A stretch of DNA of 64,000 nt from Pseudomonadota bacterium (GCA_023387235.1 JAEWIJ010000205.1:8294-72293), one strand, 5' to 3'; positions 39,268 to 48,826 are shown, counted from the first letter of the stretch. Notes: generated by a model not told the origin, from the letters alone. Translations and numbers: made by a program.

Positions 39268-40237
39268 GCACCGTCCTCCTCGATCGCATCACGCGCGAGG
39301 ATTTCTGAGCCGTGCGCTGCCGTCGAGAGAGATGTTGACGCTCGAGCGCGGGGCGAAGTTTCACACCGGTTCAGGCGAATGCAGGAGAGTGCATAGTGCT
39401 TCAAAAGAACTGTGGACAGGCAGGGGCGCGCCGCGGCGAAGGCGCCGGAGTCCAGACTGTTGCGTGGCGGGCGTCTGTTGCCGACGTGATCCCCCCTACC
39501 ACACCGGCACTGGGCAAGCCATGCAGCAGCGTCTCATCGGTTCCATGATTTTACCTGGCCTGTCAGTCCAGCACCGGTGCCGGCCAGGCTGAACTGGTGG
39601 CAACGTGTCGAGCATCTGGTCGCCGACGCGAACGCGGCACGCCCACGACAGCTGTGCAGAGAAAGCGGACCCGGAAAGCCGCGTGCTCTGTCCAGCCTTC
39701 TGCCAATGGGCGGACGTGACTTAAGCGCCCGATTGCGGGCACTATTGAGCGCCAATTTCGGTCAGTATCAGGCACGCCCAATCCACCGTTCAATCCGCCG
39801 CCGTTCAGAATCGGCTCAACGAGGCGCGAGCATTTGAGTACTACGCGCGCTATTGCTGCCTCTTGCGCATCCAGCACCTCTTTCCATCGAGAGATTGATG
39901 GGCTCAAAGCATCCCGCCTTGCTGATGCCGCTGCCAAGCTTGGCGAGCATCCGTGGAACATGATCCTGCTGACAGCGATCGTGCTGCTCGCATTGCAGGT
40001 TCTGGAGGAAGCGACAGGACCGCGCACGCCTGTGCAATCGCCCTTCACGTGAAAGGCGGAAGATTCCGAGTGGCGCCTGCCGACGACACAGGCGTACTTG
40101 CGGGCTTCGACAAGCGGCCGGAGGCTGCGCAGATCTCGCTATCAGTGCACGTCGTTAGGTCCCTAGCGAGAAATCCGATTGTGAGCACCTCGACACATCT
40201 TCGTGCCATGAAGCTCCGCGCGAGCTTCTCCTCCCCG

Positions 40238-40271
40238 ACAAAACTATGTCACCAGGTGAAACGCTTTGTCG
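40238..40271 (+). promoter_or_regulatory. 34-nt motif, copy 1 (candidate operator/promoter element), 142 nt upstream of the ABC operon
   Basis: ACAAAACTATGTCACCAGGTGAAACGCTTTGTCG. It matches the reverse complement of 46829-46862 at 29 of 34 positions. The flanking GACAAA (40237-40242) and the internal TTTGTC (40265-40270) form a short inverted pair. Confidence 0.5.
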
Positions 40272-40412
40272 CCGTGTCGTCGTCGATCGAGTAGCGATAA
40301 TTCGATCCATGCTGACAGCAGACCGTTGCCGAACAACGACGAGCGCAAACATGCCAACGAATTTGCTGAGCCACCGAAGTTCCCTGACACACAAAACGCG
40401 AAGGGCCGTTAG

Positions 40413-41471
40413 ATGAAGAGGATCTCTCGTCGCAAATTCGTTGCGGGAATGGCCGGCAGTCTCGGCGCGATGGTCGCAGCTCCCGCTCTGTCCCAGGGCC
40501 AGGGCAAAGTTCTTCATGTCATCGGATACACTGATATCCGCGACGTTATCGCCAAGGTCTGGATCGCACCGTTCGAAAAAGCGACCGGCGCCAAGGTGCA
40601 GTTCGTTCCCGGCGCCGGCATGGAGTTGGTGGGCAAGATTCGAGCCGAGCAGGCAAAGCCGACCTACAGCGTGATGTTGGCGGACGACTGGGTGGTCGAG
40701 CAAGCGGGGCGGTTCAATTTGGTGCAGCCGCTACCTAAGGACAAGATGCCCGCGCTTGCCGACGTCGATCCGGCTTTGCAGTTCAAGGACGGATCCGGCG
40801 TTGCCATTCTGGTGCTTCTCACCGGCCTCGCCTTCAACACGTCTATCAAGGCGCCGGCATCGTGGGCCGACCTGTGGCGGCCGGAGTTCAAGCGGTCGAT
40901 ACTCATTCCTCCGAGCAATTTTGCGACCCACAGCATGTTGCTGACCATGGCCGCGTCCATCAAAAGCGGTCTGCCCGTCGAGAAGGCGCAATACGACCTC
41001 ACTCCAGGGTTCGAGTACCTCAAGGAGCTCAAGCCGAATTTTCTGACGATCTACTCGAACACCAATATCGCCTTGAATCTTCTCGTTCAGGGGGAAGCAA
41101 AAGCCGCCGCGCCGTTCTACGCAAAGAACGTGTTTCGACATGCCGATGCTGGCGCGAAAATCAACCTGACCGTTCCCAAGGAAGGCGGGTTCGTCGGCCT
41201 CAACGGAGCGGCGTTGATCCGTAATGCCCCGGAAGCCGATCTCGGCGCCGAGTTCATCGATTTTGGCCTGACGCCCGAAGTTCAACGAGCCTTGGCAGAG
41301 GGCTGCATCGCAGGCTCCGTCAATCGCCGCGTCGAACTTCCTGCCAGTATGGCCGACCGCGCCCCGATCAACCAGGACGCCATTCGGAAACTGCACAAGC
41401 TCGACTGGGGATCCTTCAACGATCGACGCTCCGACCTGCTCGATCGCTGGAACCGCGAAATCGCCGGCTAA
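40413..41471 (+). CDS. PotD/PotF-like (family 1) periplasmic solute-binding protein with a Tat-like leader
   Basis: MKRISRRKFVAGMAGSLGAMVAAPALSQG, then a typical SBP_bac_1-like body. Confidence 0.8.
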   Translation: MKRISRRKFVAGMAGSLGAMVAAPALSQGQGKVLHVIGYTDIRDVIAKVWIAPFEKATGAKVQFVPGAGMELVGKIRAEQAKPTYSVMLADDWVVEQAGRFNLVQPLPKDKMPALADVDPALQFKDGSGVAILVLLTGLAFNTSIKAPASWADLWRPEFKRSILIPPSNFATHSMLLTMAASIKSGLPVEKAQYDLTPGFEYLKELKPNFLTIYSNTNIALNLLVQGEAKAAAPFYAKNVFRHADAGAKINLTVPKEGGFVGLNGAALIRNAPEADLGAEFIDFGLTPEVQRALAEGCIAGSVNRRVELPASMADRAPINQDAIRKLHKLDWGSFNDRRSDLLDRWNREIAG

Positions 41472-41540
41472 GCATCGTCACATCTGCCGCGAACCCACCC
41501 CATAAAGCCCAGGGCAGAATGCCCTGGGCCGGATTGCGAC

Positions 41541-42665
41541 ATGGATCACAACATCACCGGAGAGATTGATCTCGAAGTTCGCGATCTTTCCAAAATTTAT
41601 GGGGACGCTGCTGCTCTTACGCAGATCGACCTGACGGTCTACAAGGGTGAGCTCATCTCTCTGCTCGGCCCCAGCGGCTGCGGAAAGACGACGCTGCTGC
41701 GGGCAATAGCGGGTCTCGTCGATCCGACAAAGGGTTCGATCCAGATCAAGGGCAAAGAGATTGTCCCGGTCCCGCCCCATCAGCGCAACGTAGGGTTCGT
41801 TTTCCAAAGCTACGCGCTCTTCCCTCACATGACCGTCCACGATAACGTGGGTTTCGGCTTGAGAATGCGTGGCACCAAGCGCGCGGAAATCGACGCCGCC
41901 GTTCCTCGCGTGCTCGATATCGTGAAGATGCGCGACCTTGCGCACCGCTATCCCGGTGAACTGTCCGGCGGACAACAGCAACGTGTCGCGATTGCGCGGA
42001 GCATCGTTCTCAATCCCACGCTTCTACTGCTCGACGAACCGTTCGCAGCTCTGGACCGCGCTCTGCGCGACCATATGCAGATGGAGGTGAAGGCCCTGCA
42101 GCGACAGGTCGGCATTACGACGCTGTTCGTCACCCACGACCAGGACGAAGCCTTGCGGATCAGCGACCGCATCGCGGTCATGAACGCAGGACGGATAGAA
42201 CAGATCGACAGCCCGATCGAGCTATATCGGCGACCGAAGACGCCGTTCGTCCTCAACTTCATCGGTAAGTCGAATGTGTTCTCTGGCCAAGTGCTCGAGG
42301 CGAGCGCGAATGCGCTGACGGTTGATGTCGGCGGCCACAAAATGCACATTCGTCCGCCCGAAAATGCCCAGCTGCAGCGCGGCGAGAGCGTGATGCTCTC
42401 GGTTCGCCCCGAGCAAATCAGCGCGACAAGCGCATGTCCGGGGCCTGCGGAGATGGGCATTCCCGCCCGCATCGAAGACGCCGTGTTCCTGGGTGGCGTA
42501 ACCGAACTTCGGCTTCGCAGTGCCATCGCGAACCAACCAATTATCGTGAACCGTCAAGGCGACATCCCTTCGACGCTGGAAGAGGGCGCAGAGGTGTGGC
42601 TTCGCTGGGATCCGAGCGACGCTCTGATTTTCGCCGACCCATCGGCTGACAATCGGGGTTCGTGA
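41541..42665 (+). CDS. PotA-like ABC ATPase
   Basis: GPSGCGKTT, LSGGQQQRVAIARS, LLLLDEPFAALD and a C-terminal TOBE-like domain. Confidence 0.88.
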   Translation: MDHNITGEIDLEVRDLSKIYGDAAALTQIDLTVYKGELISLLGPSGCGKTTLLRAIAGLVDPTKGSIQIKGKEIVPVPPHQRNVGFVFQSYALFPHMTVHDNVGFGLRMRGTKRAEIDAAVPRVLDIVKMRDLAHRYPGELSGGQQQRVAIARSIVLNPTLLLLDEPFAALDRALRDHMQMEVKALQRQVGITTLFVTHDQDEALRISDRIAVMNAGRIEQIDSPIELYRRPKTPFVLNFIGKSNVFSGQVLEASANALTVDVGGHKMHIRPPENAQLQRGESVMLSVRPEQISATSACPGPAEMGIPARIEDAVFLGGVTELRLRSAIANQPIIVNRQGDIPSTLEEGAEVWLRWDPSDALIFADPSADNRGS

Positions 42666-43528
42666 TGTCATCGCGCTATCGGGATCGATGGGCGTTCGGA
42701 TTGCTCGCTGGGCCGGGGGGCGCCTTCATGCTCTTGGCTTTCGTCTTGCCAGTTGCCGTGATGGCGACGTCGAGTTTTCTCGATGCTGATAGGAACTTCA
42801 CGCTCGATCGCTACTGGCGCTTCTTCTCCGACACCCAGTACGTTTCGACGCTTTGGAACTCGATCCGTATCGCGGTTTACGCCACTTTGACCGCGACGAT
42901 CATTGCTTATCCACTCGCCTATGCGATGGCGCGGCTCGAGACGGGGTGGCGGACCCTGATTCTGATCGTCACCCTTCTGCCTCTGACGATCAGCGTGGTC
43001 ATCAGAACGTTCGGATGGCAGATCTTGTTGCGCAACGGCGGGCCGATCAATCAAACGCTGATCGCGTTGGGCGTGATCGACGAGCCGATCCGGCTGTTGT
43101 TCTCGGAAGTGGGCGTGATCATCGGCCTCGTCCACGTCTTCTTGCCGTTCATGGTGCTACCCCTGGCGTCCGCGATCGAGCGCATCGACCGGCGGCTCGA
43201 AGAGGCCGCGATGATCCTCGGCGCGTCCGCACCGCGTCGGTTCCTGCATGTGATTTTGCCCTTGAGCATTCCTGGCTTGGCTGCAGGCGCCACCCTCGTT
43301 TTCACCGCAAGCATCAGCGCCTACGTGACGCCGGCGCTCCTTGGCGGTGAAGGCATTCAGGTCATGCCGACGATGGTCGCGCAGCAAGTACTCACGCTGC
43401 TGGACTGGTCGTTCGGATCGGCCGTCTCAATGGTGCTCACAGTCGTGAGCCTCAGCGCCGTCATCCTGCACTGGTGGGCGGCTGCTCGCCTTACCAGACG
43501 GTCTTCGCAAACGGAGCCGGGCAAATGA
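42662..43528 (+). CDS. PotB-like ABC permease
   Basis: The start (GTG 42662 or ATG 42665) overlaps the upstream stop. The EAA-loop region reads LEEAAMILGASAPRRFLHVILP. Confidence 0.85.
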   Translation: MMSSRYRDRWAFGLLAGPGGAFMLLAFVLPVAVMATSSFLDADRNFTLDRYWRFFSDTQYVSTLWNSIRIAVYATLTATIIAYPLAYAMARLETGWRTLILIVTLLPLTISVVIRTFGWQILLRNGGPINQTLIALGVIDEPIRLLFSEVGVIIGLVHVFLPFMVLPLASAIERIDRRLEEAAMILGASAPRRFLHVILPLSIPGLAAGATLVFTASISAYVTPALLGGEGIQVMPTMVAQQVLTLLDWSFGSAVSMVLTVVSLSAVILHWWAAARLTRRSSQTEPGK

Positions 43529-44331
43529 GCAAGGCGGGTTCGCGGCATATCTTGCTCAAGGCGCTGGTTCTGGTGATCTTGCTTTTCATCCTGTCGCCAT
43601 TGGTCGTCGTCATCGTCTCGTCGTTCGGCGAGGCGGCGTTCCTGTATTTCCCGCCAAGTTCCTACTCCTTCAAGTGGTACCGCGAAATTCTTGAGCTGGA
43701 CGGCCTGGGTGAAGCACTTCGAACGAGCCTCGTGATCTCCGGCGTCGCAACGCCGGTTTCGGTCATTCTCGGGACGACATCGGCACTGGCGCTGGCGCGC
43801 TACGAATTCATCAGCAAGGGCGTCCTTATTGGCGTCCTGCTGTCACCGCTCGTCGTGCCCGCGATCGTGATCGGAATTGCCATGCTGCAATTCTTCAAGA
43901 CGATCGACTTGATAAGCTCGACGCAGGCCATGATGGTGGCGCACATCGCGATTACACTGCCGTATATGGTGCGCACGGTCGTCGCGAGCCTGGAGATGGA
44001 AGACCGGAGCGTCCTGGAAGCGGCGACCATGCTCGGCGCCAACATGTTTCAATCGTTCATCTACGTGACGCTGCCGACGATCAAATCGTCGATATTCTCC
44101 GGCGCGATCTTCGTCTTCATCATCTCGTTCGACAACTACGCGATCAGCTTGTTCATGTCCGACGCATTGACCACGACGCTGCCGATTAAGATGCTCGAAT
44201 ACATCGAGTCACGGACGGACCCGACCGTGGCAGCTCTCTCAAGTCTGCTGATTGTTCTCTCCGCACTCCTGCTGTTGATCTCCATCTGGATCGTCGGGCT
44301 GAAGAAGGTCTCTAGATTAAGTGGTGGCTAA
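43525..44331 (+). CDS. PotC-like ABC permease
   Basis: The ATG at 43525 overlaps the previous stop (ATGA). The EAA loop reads VLEAATMLGANMFQSFIYVTLP. Confidence 0.85.
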   Translation: MSKAGSRHILLKALVLVILLFILSPLVVVIVSSFGEAAFLYFPPSSYSFKWYREILELDGLGEALRTSLVISGVATPVSVILGTTSALALARYEFISKGVLIGVLLSPLVVPAIVIGIAMLQFFKTIDLISSTQAMMVAHIAITLPYMVRTVVASLEMEDRSVLEAATMLGANMFQSFIYVTLPTIKSSIFSGAIFVFIISFDNYAISLFMSDALTTTLPIKMLEYIESRTDPTVAALSSLLIVLSALLLLISIWIVGLKKVSRLSGG

Positions 44332-44439
44332 GGCAGTGCCGGCCGTCGGCACGCGATAGCGCGACATCGCGTCGACTGGCGGCGAGCGTCAACGCAAGCG
44401 CGCGAGGCAGCGCCTGATGGGTAAGGTCAGCGAGGCGGC

Positions 44440-45279
44440 TCAGCTTGCGCTTGACTCGTTCGCAACTGGCCAATTCATGAGAATGCGCTTGGCGAGCAGA
44501 TTGAGCCGGCGCCCCAACTTGTCGAAGCTCAGGGCTTTGACCTTCGGGCCCATCCCGCCGCAGTTCATCGCGACCACCGTGCCGTCGGGAAGCACCAGTG
44601 GCACAGAGACGCCGAATGCCTGATTTTTCCACTCACCGAGACTGAAGCAGTATCCGGACGTCGCGAAGCGCTTCATCTCGCGCTCGATACTGTTCAACGT
44701 ACCCGGCCAGTCCTTCTTCGGAATTGTCGCCTCGAGTTCCTCCAAAATGGCTTCGCGCTCGTACGCTTCCAACCCGGCGAGATACGCGCGCCCCATCGAG
44801 GAAACGCCGATCGGGCATCGCGCACCAATGTCCTGAACCAGAAAGGAAGCGGAGCTGTTTCGCACCCGCTCGATGAAGACGATCTCCAGACCATCTCGAA
44901 CACCTAGCCCTACGGACAGATGCGTCTCGCGAGCCATTTCCTGCATGAGGGGGCGAGCAATTTGTCTGATGCGCAACTTGGCCAGCATCGGATGGCCGAG
45001 CGTCAAGATCCGCGGCGTCAGGTAATATCCCGCGCCGTCCTCGCCGCGTTCGATGTAACCCAGCTCGCTCAACGTGTGCGTGAGGCGCGATACCGTCGGC
45101 CTTGGCAAACCGCATCGCGCCGCAAGTTCGGCATTCGTAAGCAAGTCGTCCCCCGGCCGGAACGCTTCGAGGAGCTGAATACCGCGCGCCAGTCCGCTGA
45201 TAAATTTTCGGCCTGAGCGGATCTTCAGCTCCACGACGGAACCGGCCTTCCGAGGTCTCATACCGTCGCCTGGCTTCAT
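44440..45279 (-). CDS. IclR-family transcriptional regulator
   Basis: The track ORF (to 45846) is over-extended. The ATG at 45279 has a GGAGGA RBS. GLARGIQLLEAFRPGDDLLTNAELAARCGLPRPTVSRLTHTLSELGYI is followed by an effector domain. Confidence 0.82.
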   Translation of the reverse strand: MKPGDGMRPRKAGSVVELKIRSGRKFISGLARGIQLLEAFRPGDDLLTNAELAARCGLPRPTVSRLTHTLSELGYIERGEDGAGYYLTPRILTLGHPMLAKLRIRQIARPLMQEMARETHLSVGLGVRDGLEIVFIERVRNSSASFLVQDIGARCPIGVSSMGRAYLAGLEAYEREAILEELEATIPKKDWPGTLNSIEREMKRFATSGYCFSLGEWKNQAFGVSVPLVLPDGTVVAMNCGGMGPKVKALSFDKLGRRLNLLAKRILMNWPVANESSAS

Positions 45280-45460
45280 TTCCGGTCCTCCAACGCAAAA
45301 CTCGGCCATCGGATCGCGCGTTAACGAGCGATCCTTCGGGCGAATTTTACCGGGTGACACAGGTTTCCTCAACGGACAAAGCTCGCAGGCGATTCCTGTC
45401 AGCATCGCCCGCGCTTCATTTCCCGGCGCAGATAGCGTACTTGGGGCGACGATTGCGCGA

Positions 45461-46651
45461 TCAGATCGGAATGTGGCGGGGGTCCAGGACGCGCCCGCCT
45501 TTGATGACGCGATGGATGCTTCCAAACGCCGCCGCGCTCTCGAGCGGGTTGGCGTCGAGCACAACCAGATCCGCGAACTTGCCAGCCTCGACCGTGCCGA
45601 TCTTATCCTCAAGGCCGAGAAGCTCAGCGCCCCACCGGGTGGCCGCCAGCACGCAGTCCATCGGCTTAGCGCCGGCCTCCTGCATGAGCCTCGTCTCGTC
45701 GACGAAATTCCCGAGCGTGTCGGTGCCGTACGCGAACTTGACGCCCGCATTGAGAGCGTTGCGGAAACCAGGCGCGTGATGTTGGCGGAGGAGCTCGCCA
45801 TGCCTTTGGACGCCTTCTCCGCGTCCCCAGTCCCTGCAGTGCTCAAGATAGCCGCTGAATGTCGGGACGAGATAGGTGCCCCGACGCGCCATTTCCTCGG
45901 CAGTGCGCGCGCTCAGCATGATGCCATGTTCGATAGTATCCACGCCCGCCTCGAGGGCGTTTGCGATCGCTTCGTCGCAGATGGCGTGCACAGCGCAGCG
46001 CTTGCCGTGATGATGGCCGACGTCGAAGGCCGCCTTCATCGTCGCCACATCGAGGTTTATAGCGCTGATGGGCTCGCCCGCTGCGAGCTCCCATTCGATG
46101 CTGGCCATGCACTTGATCCAGTCCGCACCCTCTTTAATCTGCTGCGCTGCAGCTTTGCGGGCCTCGAGGGGCGAGTCGATCTCGACACCATTACGGGATG
46201 CGTAGCCCGCCGTCGCGGTCAACGCGCGACCAACGATCACCATACGCGGGCCGACCAGATGACCATTCTCGATCATCGCGCGCATAATTCGGCTGAGGCC
46301 GTTTCGCGAGCCCATTTCACGAATGGTCGTGATGCCTTCGGCCAGATTCGACAGCACGGTCTTGACGCAAATCCCGAGCAGTATTTCGTCGCTGACAAGC
46401 GCCTGCGCCCCGAGATGACCGCGCACGCGCTTCGTCGCGACGTGATCGTGGGTATTGATGAAACCGGGCAGGACAAACTTGCCGGTCAGATCGATCTCTA
46501 CTTGATCCGAATCTCGCGGCAGGCCGTCCAGACGCTCTGCGACGCCGATGATTCGATCTCCTTCGAGGAGAACAAAACTTTGAAGGAGCGGCTTTTCGCC
46601 TGTACCGGCGATCAACGTTGCATTCTTAAGGAGCGTGCGCTGCTTTTTCAT
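45461..46651 (-). CDS. metal-dependent amidohydrolase-superfamily protein
   Basis: MKKQRTLLKNATLIAGTG...LPGFINTHDHV (HxH), ...HAICDEAI..., TIEHG, ...AYGTD. The start is uncertain (46651, 46669 or 46711). Confidence 0.82.
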   Translation of the reverse strand: MKKQRTLLKNATLIAGTGEKPLLQSFVLLEGDRIIGVAERLDGLPRDSDQVEIDLTGKFVLPGFINTHDHVATKRVRGHLGAQALVSDEILLGICVKTVLSNLAEGITTIREMGSRNGLSRIMRAMIENGHLVGPRMVIVGRALTATAGYASRNGVEIDSPLEARKAAAQQIKEGADWIKCMASIEWELAAGEPISAINLDVATMKAAFDVGHHHGKRCAVHAICDEAIANALEAGVDTIEHGIMLSARTAEEMARRGTYLVPTFSGYLEHCRDWGRGEGVQRHGELLRQHHAPGFRNALNAGVKFAYGTDTLGNFVDETRLMQEAGAKPMDCVLAATRWGAELLGLEDKIGTVEAGKFADLVVLDANPLESAAAFGSIHRVIKGGRVLDPRHIPI

Positions 46652-46828
46652 GGTCGAACTTGCTCGCATTGATCGTGCTGGCGTGATTATTTCTGCCTTC
46701 TCCAGCTCCATCTTTATCGCTCTCGGAGCCGTGAGCTGTGCCCGTTCCAGGGGCGACGACTATATGGCGATCAAGGAGTAAGGTCAGAGATCCTGTCAAC
46801 GACGGCTACTCGACAAACACGATGTGCG

Positions 46829-46862
46829 CGACAAAGCGTTTTACGGTGTGACATAGTTTTAT
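46829..46862 (-). promoter_or_regulatory. 34-nt motif, copy 2, about 180 nt upstream of the amidohydrolase/IclR operon
   Basis: Minus strand reads ATAAAACTATGTCACACCGTAAAACGCTTTGTCG. It has the same orientation relative to its downstream gene as copy 1. Confidence 0.5.
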
Positions 46863-47900
46863 TGGCCGGCAGGTTCTTTCTGGCAGCTTCGCATCGGACA
46901 CTTGGGTCAAAGAGCTGCCTATTGACCGCGCATCCTTCCTCTCGACTTTAACGTGCCTTGCAGCCCATGGCGAACATCATCCCAGCGTGGCCTGGGCGAC
47001 TGGCTGGCTTGGCCACTCTTACCAAGCTCTCGGTCGCTATGCAGAGGCTGAACCGTTAGTCTCGCGCGCTCTGCGTCTTGCCGAAGCGTTGCTTGGCCCC
47101 AATCATCCAGATGTCGCGACCGCACTCGATGCCGTCGCAGCCCTCTCCATCAAGCTCGGCAAGTTCGAAGACGCTGAAACCCGATACCGGCGATCATTGG
47201 CCATTCGCGAAAAGACACTCGATCCTGGAGATCCCACTCTCGGCACCGGACTCGACAACCTGGCCGGACTCCTCGAAATCTTGGGCCGATACGCCGAGGC
47301 TGAGCACCTCTACAAGCGCGCACTCCGCATCCGTGAGGCAGCGCTTGGCTCCGAGCACACGGACGTTGCTCAGTCACTGAATAATTTTGCGGCATTGCTC
47401 GTTAGCCAGGGGCGACTAGCTGAAACAGAACCGATCTACCAGCGCGCACTCTCAATTCATCGCAAGCTACACGGCGCCAACAATCCCGATATCGCAACCA
47501 CCCTCAACAATCTGGCAGCGCTCTATCACAGTCTGGGCCGGCTTACAGAAGCGGAGACGCTCCACAAGAATGCGTGGGCCATCCGCGTCATGACGCTGGG
47601 GGCGAGCATCCAGATGTGGCCAATTCCCTGCACAATCTCGCCACGCTGCATAGTGCCCAAGGCCGGTATTCCGACGCCGAGGCCCTGTACAAACGCGCGA
47701 TAGAGATACTCGAAAAGGCCCAAGGCTACGAGCATCCCAGCGTGGCCCAGTCCCTCAAGAGCTTGGCGGACCTCTGACCCTTGACCTCCGCACTGCTGCC
47801 GAGCCGCTTTCCTCGCGTGCGCTCGCCATCTTCCAGAAATCATTCGGCCCCGACCATCCAACTGCAATCCACATGCTCAACAGCCTCGCGGCGCTGAGCT
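46852..47900 (+). pseudogene. decayed TPR (kinesin-light-chain-type TPR_10/12) repeat gene: no start, two frameshifts
   Basis: The frame is open from 46852 with no credible start. Units follow the pattern NLA.L....GR..EAE.LY.RAL.I.E..LG..HP.VA. A frame change occurs at the G5 run 47598-47602 and another at about 47775-47800. The last unit (FGPDHPTAIHMLNSLAAL) ends at about 47896. Confidence 0.7.
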
Positions 47901-48217
47901 GCGCATGTGCGGCGGAGATCATGCAAGGTCCACGGCGCGAACTCCCCCTCGACGAGTTCCTCGATGCGCTCGTCGATGCGCTTCTTGCCTTCGCTGTATC
48001 CAGTGAATGGTGTGAGCCCATCCTGGCCGAACAGGAAGGGGCCTGCGAACTTTGGCACTCCGGACAACAGGTCAATGGCAGCGTCGCTGAGAGGAACGAG
48101 ATGCGGGCGCTTGGCCGAAGCGATCGCTTGGCGCCCTTCGCCAGACGCCGTGGTGATGTGGTGAAGCTGAGCGAGGCTAGGCGTGCTTCGAGAGCGGTCC
48201 GGAATTGCCTGAGGAAA
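47840..48217 (-). pseudogene. tyrosine-recombinase (integrase) fragment
   Basis: Minus-strand frame reads ...KRPHLVPLSDAAIDLLSGVPKFAGPFLFG...APWTLHDLRRT (HDLRRT = 47923-47906). Homology is then lost. The N-terminal half and the catalytic Tyr region are absent. Confidence 0.65.
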
Positions 48218-48277
48218 CTAGGATTGCCCCGCGCGTGGGAATTTCTTGGGGCGCTGCGGAGAATGGCTGCCGTGTTG

Positions 48278-48694
48278 TTATGGAAATAGGTAGAGCAGTA
48301 GCTTGGCCGAGATGAAGCCGACGGCAAGGAATATGAGGGTGGCCAACAGCAGATTGTCGCCAACCATCATGGCAGCTGTGATGCCTGCGGCGATGGCGAC
48401 TGCAGCGATCAGGCTAAGTAGAGCATCGATTTTGGCGCGTCGTTCGTTGCGATCTGCTTCTTCGACAAGCCGGATGATCTCTTCGGCACTTGGCCTGCGC
48501 TGCGAGGGTACGGTTTCGTGCTCTGCTAATTGGGATCGATGCGAGGACGGCACTGTTTGTTTCCGATAGCTTTTGTCACAACGTACGGATCGAATCCCAC
48601 TTTCGGGCGCTTTGAGATTGCCCGCTTTAATGACGGATCTTTTTGCCTCCGCCTTAGCGTCTGGGATCTCCGAAGCGGAGTGTCTATCGGCCAT
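48278..48694 (-). CDS. small membrane protein (138 aa), paralogue 1, C-terminus ...LLLYLFP
   Basis: Polar N-terminus, the acidic motif EEIIRLVEEADRNERRAKIDALL, then two hydrophobic helices. It shares its last 6 residues, and the 17 nt encoding them (GGAAATAGGTAGAGCAG, plus strand), with 48827..49117. Confidence 0.55.
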   Translation of the reverse strand: MADRHSASEIPDAKAEAKRSVIKAGNLKAPESGIRSVRCDKSYRKQTVPSSHRSQLAEHETVPSQRRPSAEEIIRLVEEADRNERRAKIDALLSLIAAVAIAAGITAAMMVGDNLLLATLIFLAVGFISAKLLLYLFP

Positions 48695-48826
48695 ATAGTC
48701 TGCGACTTCGCCGGAGAGGATGGAGCTCCAGTCTTCGGGTCCAAGGCTCCTACTGGTAGCGGCGAGGAGGTGAGATGCCGCGGCTTGCGTTAAAGCTGAG
48801 TTCTGGTCGGGGTAAGCGGATATTTG

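Larger units (their letters stand above)
36345..48217. mobile_element. putative integrative island or island remnants; left end at the tRNA-derived repeat, right limit unresolved
   Basis: tRNA remnant, AT-rich arm, intact P4-type integrase, orphan gene, non-coding DNA, lower-GC cargo, and pseudogenes including a second integrase fragment. I found no second copy of the att core in the window. Confidence 0.4.

Noticed and set aside
39955-39979. GGAAC-N16-CGAT near-match to the EcfG promoter inside the island's non-coding tract
   Set aside because: It has a mismatch in the critical -10 element, and no gene begins within 430 nt downstream. I treat it as a chance occurrence.
44336-44352. Hairpin GTGCCG-gccgt-CGGCAC between the convergent permease and IclR genes, considered as a bidirectional terminator
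   Set aside because: It has only a 6-bp stem and no T/A tracts on either side, which is too weak to call.
45280-45846. N-terminal 189-aa extension of the IclR ORF (the track gives 468 aa)
   Set aside because: The extension overlaps the 3' end of the amidohydrolase gene in another frame and is Ser/Arg-rich. A GGAGGA RBS precedes the internal ATG at 45279, giving a normal 279-aa IclR protein.
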